Positions 45,051 through 56,321 of a stretch of DNA of 64,000 nt are shown in pieces. Below the pieces are notes generated by a model. It was not told where the DNA came from, did not search any database, and saw only the letters and a program-made list of their open reading frames with translations. The DNA lies in sequence record LT960552.1; one strand, written 5' to 3'. The translations under genes were made by a program, and so were the position numbers. Each line of letters starts with the position of its first letter. Positions within the stretch are counted from its first letter, which is position 1.

Positions 45051-47632
45051 ATGAAAAAGATCTTTGTAGTACCAAATGGTGAAAGTAATTTTGGTGTTAG
45101 TATGGTAGCACTTACCGAAGATGGTGATTGTATCGCTGGTCATCTAAGTAGTAATACTACATGGGGCCGCCATGACATGGGCATTGGTTCTGATTGGAAG
45201 CACGATCTTTATGATAAAGAATATGGTGCTGGTGAATGGGAACTGTTGTATGCTGATGATATCGTTATGAATTCACCTGAATTTTTACTCGCAGTTCAGC
45301 GTAATCATGAAAAAGCAGAACTCGCAGAAACTGAAGATGAAGAAACTGAGTAAGTGTTCTGTTAACGGAATCTAATCTTTTATGTAATCAATAAATTATA
45401 AAGGTAAAATATGAAAATTATCGAAGATGCAGTACTTGCAAAAATGAACCTACAGCGTTTGAAAACTCATCGTACTTCAGTACTGGCTAGCATCAACAAA
45501 GAGTTTTTTGATTATACTAAAGATGACGACCAAATTCGTTTTCCGGTAAATCATGATACTCAAGAATATTTCGATGCAATTGAGTATCGTAATAAGGTTA
45601 ATAAACATTACAATGCTGCTCGTACAGCAGTTAAGGTGAAATAATGTGGATTATATGTGATTCATTTGATAAAATACCAGTAGGTACTTGGCTTGGAACT
45701 GCATTAGAAACAGATCAAGATAACAATAAAGTACTGGTAAAGATTGAAGTGATCACAGCATCTACATTTACTTTATGTGTTGTCGATGGTGCTAACGCAT
45801 CTGACCGTGATTACTTGAAGCTTCTTGCATATTGCGAACCTCCTAAATTATTCGGAGAATAATATGATTGGTAGTACTGTAATATTTGAATATCATGAAA
45901 TGTGTTATCCTTACCATATTGCATGTTTTCATACCCATAAACAACTGACCAATGAAGAACTTGAAGCAGAGATGTGTAAAGTACTTGGTTGGGATGAAAT
46001 GGATGATTGGCACCGCCATTCTTTAACTTTTATTGATCATAACCGTCTACGGGGATTATCAATTTTGGGTGAAGAAATTGATCCTGATGTTCATCGTGTG
46101 TTGAAACGATTCTTTCCTGAATCGTTAAAAGGTATAGCTGATGATGAATCATTCGGTAATTTTAGTTATCAGTACTATGATGCTAAAGCTAATGAAGTAG
46201 TTTGGATGAATTTGTATCAAGATGAACTAACTGAACGTTTACGTGAATTACAAAAAGCATCTGCTGCTGCATTTCAAGAACGCCGTGCACGTGAAAAAGA
46301 GGATATGAGAAATGTCAATAAAAGTTGATCCAGAAACACAAAAAGCTGTAGATCCTGAGAGTATTGGTAAAGATTCATGGAAACGCTTTTTGTTAGCAGT
46401 ACTTATAGTTTCTGCTGCAATCATCACTTATAAGATTTTGTAAAAAGTACTTGACATATAGAAAATTTTATAGTACTATATGTCGAGTTGAATTAATTCA
46501 TAGGTATTTTGATGAAAATTTTATTTTGTTGGTTAATTGGTGCAATGTCTGTTATTTTAGGTATGATGTTTACGGCTTGGAGAACGGCAACATTGCCACA
46601 AGGTAATTTGTATTTTTTATCTCCAGATGACCGGTTGTTAGTTAGTTTATGGACTGGTGGATTGTACTGTATGTGGTTTATAATTGTATCATTTTGTTTA
46701 TGGTTAGTTTTTAAAGGTATTGATTATGCATATGAATAAAGTTCTTAATACTTGGATCGAAAATGTAAAAACTTATCCACCATCTGAAATCTTTTTTGAA
46801 AAGTACGGAAAAGATGCCAAAGCAGAAGAACGATTAAAAGTAATTTGCGAAGAGATGTATCGCTTTGTATTTCCAGAAGGAAAACCTAATTTATTGAGTA
46901 ATCTTGGTTCTTCATATCGTGATTTTGAAGTTGCTTATATCATGGGTTTTGATGGTATGAAGCCTGAATATATTACCAAAGTTAAAGACCAATTTTTGAT
47001 TGATGTTAAAGAAACAATCAAAGCGATGGATGATATGTGTAAAAAGGATCAAATCTTACAGCAATATTATACGCAATGGAAACTGAAATTTTCAGATATT
47101 AATTCAATTGTTTATGATATGACTAAGGACTATGTATGAAAATTTTCACCTTAGAGATGTCATATTATGGTTGCGTAGTGGTAATAGATGAAACAATTGA
47201 ATCAGCATGGATTCGTATTAAAAATGAACATCCAGTTGCTGTAAATTATAAAATATCTGATGTTAAAGAAAATGATATTGGAATTGATTTTATTTTCTCA
47301 AATTTTGGAGATTTATAATGAAAAAGTTTAATTATACAACTAAAAATATTTTAGTATCACCGATAATTGAATTAGTTGATCGTGCGATAGATTATGATTA
47401 TAATAATATCAGTTATTGGAATGAAGTTCGTGAAAGAATTGTCGATAATATACTAGAGGGTGTTTCATTAATTTGGGTGGAATATTTAACATTTGTATTG
47501 ACAATTGAAATATTAGATCCAGAATTAAATTATTCAGATAAACTTGATAAAGCTATTGACGATTTAGCTGGATACTGTTATGATTACGAATGTAATATTC
47601 GTATCGGTGGTGAAATAGTAAAGAGTGATTAA
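45051..47632 (+). other. block of small hypothetical genes (45051, 45411, 45644, 45864, 46312, 46512, 46732, 47136, 47318)
   Basis: Contiguous ORFs. Confidence 0.7.
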
Positions 47633-47638
47633 AAATAC

Positions 47639-47752
47639 GCAGTGATCGTCTAGAGGCTTAGGACACGAAAAGCGATTCTTGATTAAGAATCTTACGGCAT
47701 CCACAACTTTCATTCAACGAACGTAACGCAGGTTCGAATCCTGCTCACTGCA
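47639..47752 (+). ncRNA. interrupted tRNA-Glu-like RNA, ACAGCA family
   Basis: Glu-type D arm and TAAC V loop; insert GATTCTT/AAGAATC + ACGGCA; CTTTCAT loop. Confidence 0.8.
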
Positions 47753-47773
47753 CAAAAATTAAAAAGGTATTAT

Positions 47774-48452
47774 ATGAAACTTGAATATACTCCAGTACCA
47801 CATAAAATCGGTCCATTATTTGAAATTACGGTTGCACATGAACATGGTGATAGTGATAAATTAAACTACCATACATTGAAACTTGAAACTGCATCTGAAG
47901 ATGAATTATTGACAGTACTAAAATATATAAATGAAACTTCAGACCAGATTAACGAAAAACGCTGGTATGATAAAAAACTTCCATTGAATTTTAGTTATGA
48001 CCATGATGTTCAATACGCTGAGGGTAAAACCTTGTATTTTGCATTACAACCAGATTCTATCTATAGTGAACCATATGCGGCGATTTCAATAAAAGAAGTT
48101 CGTTTTATTGATGCAAATGGTGTTGAATCAATAGTTCAAGGTTGGTAATATGAAAAGTATTTTGATTTTTGAATATGCAGCAACTGGTGAAGGTTGTCGT
48201 ACTGTAATTCGTTTTCATAATCAAAGCCGTATTACAGATGAAGCAGCGATTGAAACATTAAAAACAGAATTTGATCCGTATTTTCATGTAGGTTTTGAAT
48301 TACATGATATCAGTACTGTAAAAGATAATGAATCAGTTATGCGAACTTTGAAAGAACATGTACCAATTTTATACAATTATGTTATGTTGCCGCCTGATAG
48401 TTATCATCCGGTAATTCATGTAAAATATGAAGGTTATGTAAACTATTCATAA
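47774..48452 (+). other. two hypothetical genes (47774-48148, 48150-48452)
   Basis: First shares an FTP/YTP...EHGD N-terminus with 50489-51094. Confidence 0.7.
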
Positions 48453-48461
48453 AAGTAATTT

Positions 48462-48587
48462 GTGGGGTTAGCTCAGTTTGGTAGAGCAGCGAAAGAAACC
48501 AAAATGGAATCTTGAAAAGGATTCTAACAGCATTATATCTTCTACTGTAAATTCGCGGGTCGGTGTGTTCAAATCCACCACCCCACA
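48462..48587 (+). ncRNA. interrupted tRNA-like RNA with GTA loop, ACAGCA family
   Basis: GCGAA...insert...CTGTAAA-TTCGC. Confidence 0.8.
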
Positions 48588-48742
48588 CAAAATTGGTAAA
48601 AAAGCTCTGCGGTGGGACATTATATTCATCCACATGTTATTAGTTATTTTAAACAATCTGGTGAATATTTCAATGAATTGGATAAAACCGAACCAAGTAA
48701 ATCAGATGTTAGTGGTGAACCAACAATAACTGGAAAATAAAA

Positions 48743-49105
48743 ATGAAAGTATATATTGATGACATTCGCGATCCAAAAAAGTACTTGACACCAGAACAGG
48801 CCGATGGTATTGTATGGATTAAAGAAGCATGGAATGCACGTAACTTTTTAGTTGAACATGAATCCGTGATTGAAGTACTTCATCTTGATAATTACCTTGA
48901 TGATGAATTCATTACCGGAACAGATATATTCTTTATGGTTGCAGGTGAAACCATATGGGGTGATCGGTCAGAATGGGCTAATCTTAAAACAATTTATTTG
49001 CATTCATCAGATACTGATGTAATTGAAAAGTTGATGAAATATAAAGATGAGCTTCAAACAGCAGGGGTTGAATTAATTGACAACCACCAAGAAAGGAACT
49101 ACTAA
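48743..49105 (+). CDS. cyclic-phosphate-processing receiver-domain protein
   Basis: KVYIDDIRDP, LHLDNYL, IYLHSSD. Confidence 0.7.
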   Translation: MKVYIDDIRDPKKYLTPEQADGIVWIKEAWNARNFLVEHESVIEVLHLDNYLDDEFITGTDIFFMVAGETIWGDRSEWANLKTIYLHSSDTDVIEKLMKYKDELQTAGVELIDNHQERNY

Positions 49106-49465
49106 ATGAAAGTTTACGTAGATGATATTCGTAATCCAGCTAACCATCTCAGTACTGAACAGGCTGAAGGTATTATTTGGATTAAAGAGTGGTGGGAAGC
49201 ACGTAACTTCATTTTGAAGAATGGATTAGATATTGAAGTATTGCACTTTGATAATTTTTTAGGTGATCCAAATCGTCGAACTGGTGGTGATATTCTAAGT
49301 TCAGTAATGTATCGTTTAAAACGTGGTAAATTTCCTAATTTGAAACAAATTTATTTACATAGTTCAGATAAAGAAGTAATTGATAAATTATATGATTCAT
49401 TTATTGAACATTGTAATGAATATGGAATTGAGTTAATAAAAAATTCACGTCCAAATCGTAGTTAA
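49106..49465 (+). CDS. cyclic-phosphate-processing receiver-domain protein, tandem paralog
   Basis: KVYVDDIRNP, LHFDNFLGD, IYLHSSD. Confidence 0.7.
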   Translation: MKVYVDDIRNPANHLSTEQAEGIIWIKEWWEARNFILKNGLDIEVLHFDNFLGDPNRRTGGDILSSVMYRLKRGKFPNLKQIYLHSSDKEVIDKLYDSFIEHCNEYGIELIKNSRPNRS

Positions 49466-49471
49466 ACAAAT

Positions 49472-49592
49472 GGCGAGTTAGCTCAGTGGTAGAGCACGTA
49501 GAAACCAAGGATTCTAGTACTAGATTCCCGCAGCAACAATAACTCATACTATGATAAAGTCGTGGTCGGGGGTTCAAATCCCTCACTCGCCG
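49472..49592 (+). ncRNA. interrupted tRNA-like RNA with CAT loop, ACAGCA family
   Basis: Insert GGATTCT-AGTACT-AGATTCC + GCAGCAA; CTCATAC. Confidence 0.8.
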
Positions 49593-49657
49593 CAAATAAA
49601 TATCATTTTTCGAACCAACTGTGATAAATAAAAATAAATCATAGAGGGTTCGAAAAA

Positions 49658-50290
49658 ATGAAACAATGTTTAAATTGTAATAATGAAATTGATGATAAGA
49701 AAAAGTTTTGCAATAGTTCGTGTGCTGCAAAGTACAATAATTCTCACAGGATATTATCGGAAGAAACAAAATCTAAAATTTCTAAATCTTTAAAAGGTCG
49801 AGAAGTTAAATTTATTGAAACTGAAAATGTTAAGTCTGGAAGACTTCGAGCGGGTGCTAAACGGAGAGAGGCAGCATTGGAACAATTGATGAAACGTGAT
49901 TTTAATGATTTAAGTTTGGTAAGAAAAAAGAAACGTGTTAGAATAGAGCAAGAAAATAAATGTTTCAGGTGTGGATTGAATGAATGGATGAATGAACCAT
50001 TAATATTAGAAGTTGATCATATAGATGGTGATAATACTAATAATATAAGAGAAAATTTACGTGCATTATGTCCAAATTGTCACTCACAAACTGACACATG
50101 GAGAGGTACGAATTCACGAAAAGTAAAAATTTCTGATGATGATTTAGTATCTATATTAAAAGAATCTAAATCCATACGAGATGCAATTTTAAAGGCTGGT
50201 ATGTCAATTACCAGTCATAGTTATAAAAGAATAAACTTATTAATTGAGAAATATCATATTAATTTTTTACTAAGGGTAAAGGAGGTATAA
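49658..50290 (+). mobile_element. HNH homing endonuclease with NUMOD3-like repeat
   Basis: LSEETKSKISKS; CFRCG; LEVDHIDGDNTNNIRENLRALCPNCH. Confidence 0.9.
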
Positions 50291-50292
50291 TT

Positions 50293-51660
50293 ATGTTCCT
50301 TGATGAAATTAAACACGTTCCGTTTCCTAGTTATAAATCATTAGAAAAGGCACGTACTGAATCATCTAAATCAATTAATCCAACAACATATGATCGTTAT
50401 AAAAAATATCATTATCCAGTAGGTACTGAATTTCGTTTAGCAAAAGCTATTGATTCTTTAATTGTTAAAATTAAAAAGGTAATTAAATATGTCAGTTAAA
50501 TTTACTCCAGTAGTAACGTCGTTAACAAATACACTTGTTGTTGAATTAGAATACGAACATGGTGATGCAGATGCAACTACATATGACTATGCATCAATCT
50601 CAGTACTTCCTGAACAGAAACAAACTATTGGGGGATTGCTTTCAATTATTGAGCATGGTTTAGAATGCCAGAATGCCGAACGATATGATGACACTATTGA
50701 TCCATTTTTTGTTGATGAAACAGTAACCTATGACAATGACCAAGGTATTCCATTAGTTGGAGTTGAAATTCGTTTTGGTTTTGATTATAATGCTCCGAAA
50801 GAGAAAGGAACTGTAATTGAAGTTGATAATGACCAGCAATATATTATTGTTCGTTCAGCAACGGGTGAAGTACACCAATTAGAATTTGATGAACTTGAAG
50901 ATTGTATTACTTCATCGATTGGTATTATGGTAATGGATGGTAGTGAAATCAGCTTTACATATAATGGTATTAGTGTTAACATTGGTAGTGTTGGTGATTG
51001 CACAGTTGACCAGCAATATAATGCATCAGGTGGTATTAACGCAGTTTATTACTATGATGAAAATGGTATTAAATACATTGTAACTGATTATTAAAATTTG
51101 CGGGAACGCTTGACAAACTGCCAAACACCCCGTTAACATAGGGGGTTGTTTATGAAGTACTTTTATGAAGTATTAATTGTATTAGTAATTTTGGTTGGTC
51201 TTATTGCTTTCTGGTTAAAAAGTTTATTAATTTCAATACTAGGAATATTAATATTCTTAGTTGGATGTTTAATTGAATACGTTGTTAATAGGATAAAAAC
51301 ATGAAACATTTTCTTGAAGTATTATTTGTTGCTATTGCAGTAGTTGCTATGATGTTAGGTTATACAGTAATTTCAATTTGGTCAGCAATGTTTGCTATTA
51401 TCTTTTGGGCTGCTCCTAATTCATCAGTTAAAAAAACTCCCGAAGATTATCTTAATGAATCTCGTAAATTAAACGTATCAGGAGCAGAGGTTGAGTTTGA
51501 ATTTTTATCGGATAAAGGTAAAACTTTTACAGTTAAATTAGAACCTCATTTGTATATTAATGATGATATGCTTATGGATAGTTTGGTAGAATATATCGTT
51601 AAACACACTGGAATTCAAACCAGTTCTGAACGTTTAAATATCATTTCTATAAAAAAATAA
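50293..51660 (+). other. hypothetical genes (50293, 50489, 51152, 51301)
   Basis: ORFs; terminator 51667-51690. Confidence 0.7.
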
Positions 51661-51694
51661 TTATTAAAAACCCTTTTTTAAGGGTTTTTTAATT

Positions 51695-51780
51695 GGGGAT
51701 ATGGTGTAATGGTAGACGCAGGGGATTCAAAATCCCCCGCCCTTAGTGGCGTGTCAGTTCGAGTCTGACTATCCCCACCA
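51695..51780 (+). tRNA. tRNA-Leu(CAA)
   Basis: Loop TTCAAAA, V arm, CCA encoded. Confidence 0.92.
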
Positions 51781-51808
51781 AATATTTTAATTAAACTCAT
51801 TTTTGTAC

Positions 51809-51837
51809 TTGACATAAATCAAGAAATGTCTTACAAT
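51809..51837 (+). promoter_or_regulatory. sigma70-type promoter
   Basis: TTGACA-N17-TACAAT. Confidence 0.75.
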
Positions 51838-51900
51838 GTGTATATGTTCAGTAATGAACTAAACCGTTGTTAAACTATAAATTACCTTTTGGGTGAAAAA

Positions 51901-53514
51901 ATGAAAAAAACTTTATTAGCGTTATCTATTGTAGTAGCATCAATGACTGCATTTAACGCAACCGCAGCAGTCTCTTTAAAATCATCAGGCGACCAATTTG
52001 GTCCGGCTATGTCTGATTTACTGAATTCAAATGAAAACGGTAACTGGAATCAGCAACGATTCATGAACACGTTCAATAATCGCTTTAATGGTACTGAAGC
52101 AGAAGCATTAGCATTGTTTAATGCTGTAAAAGGTGGTAATGTTCCAACATCACTTGATAGCTTTAATAGTACTTTACCATCTTCAGGTGGCACTGTCACT
52201 AAAGGTGATAAGGGCGACAAAGGTGACAAAGGCGAAAATGGTGCAGATGGTGCAGATGGTGCAGATGGTGCAGATGGTACAAAAGTATCATTAACTCCAG
52301 ATGGTACTATTACATTGGATGATGGTAAAGGTGGAACCGTTCAACAAGATTTGGCTACACAAGCTGAATTAAATCAAGAACGTTATAAACTTGAACAAAA
52401 AGATAAAGAACACGATGTTACTCTTACTGATCATGAAACTCGTTTAGATACAGTCGAAAATATGACGAATGGTTTAAATGTCGTTGTAGGGACTAATAAA
52501 CAAGATATCGAAGAATTAAAAGACGGTAAAGCAGACAAAAAAGATCTGGATAAAGAAGTTGCAGATCGTGATGCTGGTGATAAAGTACTAGATTCTAAAA
52601 TTGATAATGTAGTATCAAATCAATCAAGTACTGATGCTGCACAAAATGCCGCCATTGATAGTAAAGTAGATAAAACTACACAAGCAGCGAAAGATTCAGC
52701 TCAAGATACTGCTATTGGTAATAAAGTTGACAAAAGTCAATATAATACTGATAAAGTAATTCAGGGTATTCATGATGCTGCACAAGACAATGCAATTATC
52801 GGACTGGCAGTAACAAAAGCAGACAAAAAAGATCTGGATAAAGAAGTAGCTGACCGTAAAACCGCAGATAATAAATTGCAATCAAATATTGACAATGAAG
52901 CAAATGTGCGTAATAATGCAGATGTTGCATTGAAAAACAATATTGATAAAAATAAAGCTGACCAACTTGGTGTTGATACTGCACAAAATGCCGTTATTGA
53001 TACTAAAGCAAGTAAGCAAGATTTAAACACTGAAGTTGATGAACGTAAAGTAGCTGATAAAAAGTTGCAGAAAAACATTGACAATGAAGCAAATGTACGT
53101 AATAATGCAGACCAAGTTCTTAGTTCTCGCATTGATACAAATAGTACTACTTTAGTACAACACGACCAACGTATTACAAGTAACACACAACGTGTTGGTG
53201 TAGTTGAAAATCGTGTAACTAATTTAGAACAAAGTACTAATCGTCGGTTTACAGAATTAAAAAGTACTGTAGATGATAACCGTAAAGTTGCAAGTGCTGG
53301 TATTGCTGGTGCAGGTGCAATGGCAAATATTCCACAAGTATCGCAAAATAGTACTTTCTCTGTCGGTGCTGGTATTGGTGGTTATGATAGTGAGCAAGCA
53401 GTTGCTGTAGGATTCTCTGCTCGTATTAACAACAACATTGTAACTAAGGTTGCTGTAAGTACAAATACACAATCCGAGTTGTTATGGGGTGCTGGTGTAG
53501 GCGTAGAATGGTAA
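51901..53514 (+). CDS. YadA-type trimeric autotransporter with collagen-like and coiled-coil repeats
   Basis: Signal peptide; GXY repeats; C-terminal ASAGIAGAGAMANIP...VGAGIGGYDSEQAVAVG...GVGVEW anchor. Confidence 0.85.
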   Translation: MKKTLLALSIVVASMTAFNATAAVSLKSSGDQFGPAMSDLLNSNENGNWNQQRFMNTFNNRFNGTEAEALALFNAVKGGNVPTSLDSFNSTLPSSGGTVTKGDKGDKGDKGENGADGADGADGADGTKVSLTPDGTITLDDGKGGTVQQDLATQAELNQERYKLEQKDKEHDVTLTDHETRLDTVENMTNGLNVVVGTNKQDIEELKDGKADKKDLDKEVADRDAGDKVLDSKIDNVVSNQSSTDAAQNAAIDSKVDKTTQAAKDSAQDTAIGNKVDKSQYNTDKVIQGIHDAAQDNAIIGLAVTKADKKDLDKEVADRKTADNKLQSNIDNEANVRNNADVALKNNIDKNKADQLGVDTAQNAVIDTKASKQDLNTEVDERKVADKKLQKNIDNEANVRNNADQVLSSRIDTNSTTLVQHDQRITSNTQRVGVVENRVTNLEQSTNRRFTELKSTVDDNRKVASAGIAGAGAMANIPQVSQNSTFSVGAGIGGYDSEQAVAVGFSARINNNIVTKVAVSTNTQSELLWGAGVGVEW

Positions 53515-53579
53515 TTGGTTGAATACGTTAGGGGTACACTGTACCCCTAAAATTTTAAGTTAGATAGCAGGAGAATTCA

Positions 53580-54089
53580 ATGTATACAGAAGAATATTGT
53601 GAAAACAATTTGATAAACATTGGAAAAGGTGCTTCCCGAACAGTTTTTGCAATAAATCTTGATTATGTAGTTAAAGTTGCACATAATAAATTTGGTATAG
53701 ACCAAAATATTCAAGAGATAAAATTGTTTCAAAAATATGGAAAGATATTACCTCTTTGTAAAATAGATCTTTACCATAGTAATGAAAACTATATAATAAT
53801 GGAACGTATTAATACTTTTAATGTAGAGTATAATGCATTTGATATCACCCAAATAGATATGATATCACATTTGGTTTGTGTTGAACAAATTGATAATGAT
53901 TATATTAGCACATTACCTCCAGTACTGGCAGAATTTGCAAATAATTTACTCAGTAATGAATTAAGTAATGACGAAATTAGAAATGTATTGTATGATGTTG
54001 TACATTATAATGTTGGTATAAAAGATGGTAAGATATTAATTCTTGATTATGGATTTACTGAAGAATTAGATTCTGAATATTGGGAATAA
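53580..54089 (+). CDS. minimal protein-kinase-like protein
   Basis: IGKGASRTVF, VVKVA, IIMER, DVVHYNVG, ILILDYG. Confidence 0.7.
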   Translation: MYTEEYCENNLINIGKGASRTVFAINLDYVVKVAHNKFGIDQNIQEIKLFQKYGKILPLCKIDLYHSNENYIIMERINTFNVEYNAFDITQIDMISHLVCVEQIDNDYISTLPPVLAEFANNLLSNELSNDEIRNVLYDVVHYNVGIKDGKILILDYGFTEELDSEYWE

Positions 54090-54097
54090 AAAATAGC

Positions 54098-54126
54098 TTG
54101 ACATGATGATTTGAATTTGATATAAT
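54098..54126 (+). promoter_or_regulatory. sigma70-type promoter
   Basis: TTGACA-N17-TATAAT. Confidence 0.85.
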
Positions 54127-54211
54127 GTATATCACATCGACGGATGATAAACGTAACTCTGGTACTTATGATTAAGTACTTTTTTGAAAATAAAATATAA
54201 GGGCTTTATAA

Positions 54212-55216
54212 ATGGCTAAGAACACAATTACTGATATTGGCGAAGTTGAACGTACTGTGAATTATATCAAGTTCCAGATCTCTCAAGCTGACGAGCAGCT
54301 TGCACCATTCGCTAACAGCGATAAGCCAAAGATTTGCTATGCACATCTGTTGGAGTGGAAAAAGCAGTTGCAATCTGAACTGTATGAAATCCGTCAGGCT
54401 CAGCAGAAAGCACGTCATAACAATCCACACAAGTAATAAGCCATGCCGCCAGCATTGTTGGCGGCGTCTTTTAAGTGATAACAAGAGTATATTATAATGA
54501 AAAGTGCAACAGCGTTAAAAAATATGAATCAGCGTATTCAAACATTACGTTCTCAACTGGATTTAGCTTGGTCAGATTGGAGTAAGTTAAATAGTATTGA
54601 GACTAAAACCAAAGATGAATCAAAAGATCTATCTAAAATTTCAGGTTTTATTAGTAAATTAAATTATGAAATTCGCGGTTTGGAATTGTCTTTTAATGAA
54701 TTGAAAAAACAAGTCATTGATGAAATCATTTTGTCTTAATAAAAAATGGGGTTAGTTATGGGTGTGATAGTTATTTACTGTATATTAGGTTCCCTTGGTT
54801 TATTCACATTGTATATGTTTGTAGTAACATCTGCAATGGGGACAGAACGACTTAAAACTTCTCAGTACTTTATGTCTTCATTGAGTTATTGTGAAGAAGC
54901 AACAACTAAAATTAATTTGTTGATTGATAAGTATGAAGCAGGGCTTATTAAAGCAAAATTAAAAAATAATGTAATTGAATTTACTGAAATGGAAAAAAAT
55001 ATTCCAGCAGGTGAAATCTGGATAGCAAATAAATATTTTTCATATGGTCAGTTACATCGTTATGGTGCGAATGGAAATATCTCTTGGCAATGTAATAAAC
55101 CAAGTTTAAAAACTTTTAAACGAATTATTAAACTTGAAAAACAGCTAAACGTTGCTCATCAAGAACCAGTACCGAAAAGTGCAAAATCAACAGATGAGCC
55201 TGTAATTTTGGACTAA
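54212..55216 (+). other. three hypothetical genes (54212, 54497, 54746)
   Basis: ORFs. Confidence 0.7.
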
Positions 55217-55320
55217 GGGCGTAATTGCCCTATTTTAATTAAGAGATTTAAAATATACATTTGAGAACTTCATGGTATGGGAAAAGTAGTGAATTTCTTT
55301 CAAATGTTATCGTAAATATT

Positions 55321-55349
55321 TGAAACAACTAAAAAAATTGTGGTATAAT
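55321..55349 (+). promoter_or_regulatory. TGAAAC-N14-TGGTATAAT promoter
   Basis: Upstream of a permuted RNA. Confidence 0.8.
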
Positions 55350-55366
55350 ATAGTACATAAGGCAAC

Positions 55367-55482
55367 GGAATCTTACAGCAAAAATACTAATTTTGATGAA
55401 AACGAAACGACGAGGTTCGAATCCTCACCCACGAATTGCCTTATTATTAGTGGGAGCATGGTGCTGGATAAACAAAGATTCC
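55367..55482 (+). ncRNA. circularly permuted tRNA-like (YrlA-like) RNA, ACAGCA family
   Basis: GGAATCT/AGATTCC; T arm precedes CCCAC/GTGGG helix and D-like arm. Confidence 0.75.
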
Positions 55483-55503
55483 AAAATTTAAGTTAGAAAA
55501 ATA

Positions 55504-55532
55504 TGAAACAAATCAAAAATTTGTGGTATAAT
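55504..55532 (+). promoter_or_regulatory. TGAAAC-N14-TGGTATAAT promoter
   Basis: Motif match. Confidence 0.8.
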
Positions 55533-55539
55533 ATAAGAA

Positions 55540-55652
55540 GTAAAGCGGGATGGTGATTGATGAAAGCTGTTATTTGATTCTAGACAATCATAATAAGCGA
55601 GTAATAGAACAGGGTTCTTAATATCACATGGGTTCAAATCCCTGTCGCTGCA
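55540..55652 (+). ncRNA. degenerate tRNA-like RNA
   Basis: T loop GGTTCAAATCC and bulged acceptor; no anticodon arm. Confidence 0.4.
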
Positions 55653-55665
55653 CAAAAGCAACAAA

Positions 55666-55784
55666 TGAAATCTTACAGCAAACACAACATTTTTTCCTTG
55701 CATAGAAAAACGGTGGGGTTCGATTCCCCAACATCCAAGTTGCTTTTTAGGATGTGTCTGGACGACCGTATGACACAGATTTCA
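55666..55784 (+). ncRNA. circularly permuted tRNA-like RNA, ACAGCA family
   Basis: TGAAATCT/AGATTTCA; CGGT/ACCG; T arm; ACATCC/GGATGT. Confidence 0.75.
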
Positions 55785-55789
55785 GTACT

Positions 55790-55864
55790 GTTCCGTTAGA
55801 CAAATTGGTATAGTCACCACACTTTCAATGTGGATTTCTGAGGGTTCAAGTCCCTCACGGAACG
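55790..55864 (+). tRNA. tRNA-Glu(TTC)
   Basis: Loop CTTTCAA; ends G-CTA. Confidence 0.88.
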
Positions 55865-55868
55865 CTAA

Positions 55869-55983
55869 AGGATTCGTACAGCAACAATAAACTCTTAAAA
55901 TTCAATTGGTGAAAACAACCTTGCAGTTCGATTCTGCTTCCACAATGCGTGGATCTGGTGGTGGATAGAAAAAACCGAATCCT
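55869..55983 (+). ncRNA. circularly permuted tRNA-like RNA, ACAGCA family
   Basis: AGGATTCG/CGAATCCT; GCAG-TTCGATT-CTGC; TCCAC/GTGGA. Confidence 0.7.
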
Positions 55984-56021
55984 GATTTTAATTAAGAAGT
56001 ACTAAAGAATTTGATACACAC

Positions 56022-56174
56022 GGATTTATACAGCAAACATAATCCTAAAATAAAACATACGATAATGTTATTAACTCGGAATTCGTTCCTTTCGTTAGTA
56101 CTTGGCAACTTGGGTACTTAAATAAGTTGTATCACCTCATGTGTATCGGATTAGTGGTGATTATAAATAAATCC
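56022..56174 (+). ncRNA. ACAGCA-family RNA with divergent interior
   Basis: GGATTTA-T-ACAGCAA...TAAATCC. Confidence 0.6.
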
Positions 56175-56210
56175 AGTAAATCAAAAGTACCTTTATCGGT
56201 ACTTTTTTAT

Positions 56211-56303
56211 GGAAGATTGGCAGAGTTTGGTTTATTGCACAGGTCTTGAGTACCTGCGGGGGTTAATAGCCCTCCGTGAGTTCGAATCTCACATCTTCCT
56301 CCA
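56211..56303 (+). tRNA. tRNA-Ser(TGA)
   Basis: Loop CTTGAGT, long V arm, CCA encoded. Confidence 0.85.
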
Positions 56304-56321
56304 AATTTTATGTAGTACAAT

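Noticed and set aside
52200-52280. Short tandem DNA repeats (GGTGCAGAT x4)
   Set aside because: Explained by collagen-like GXY coding in the autotransporter.
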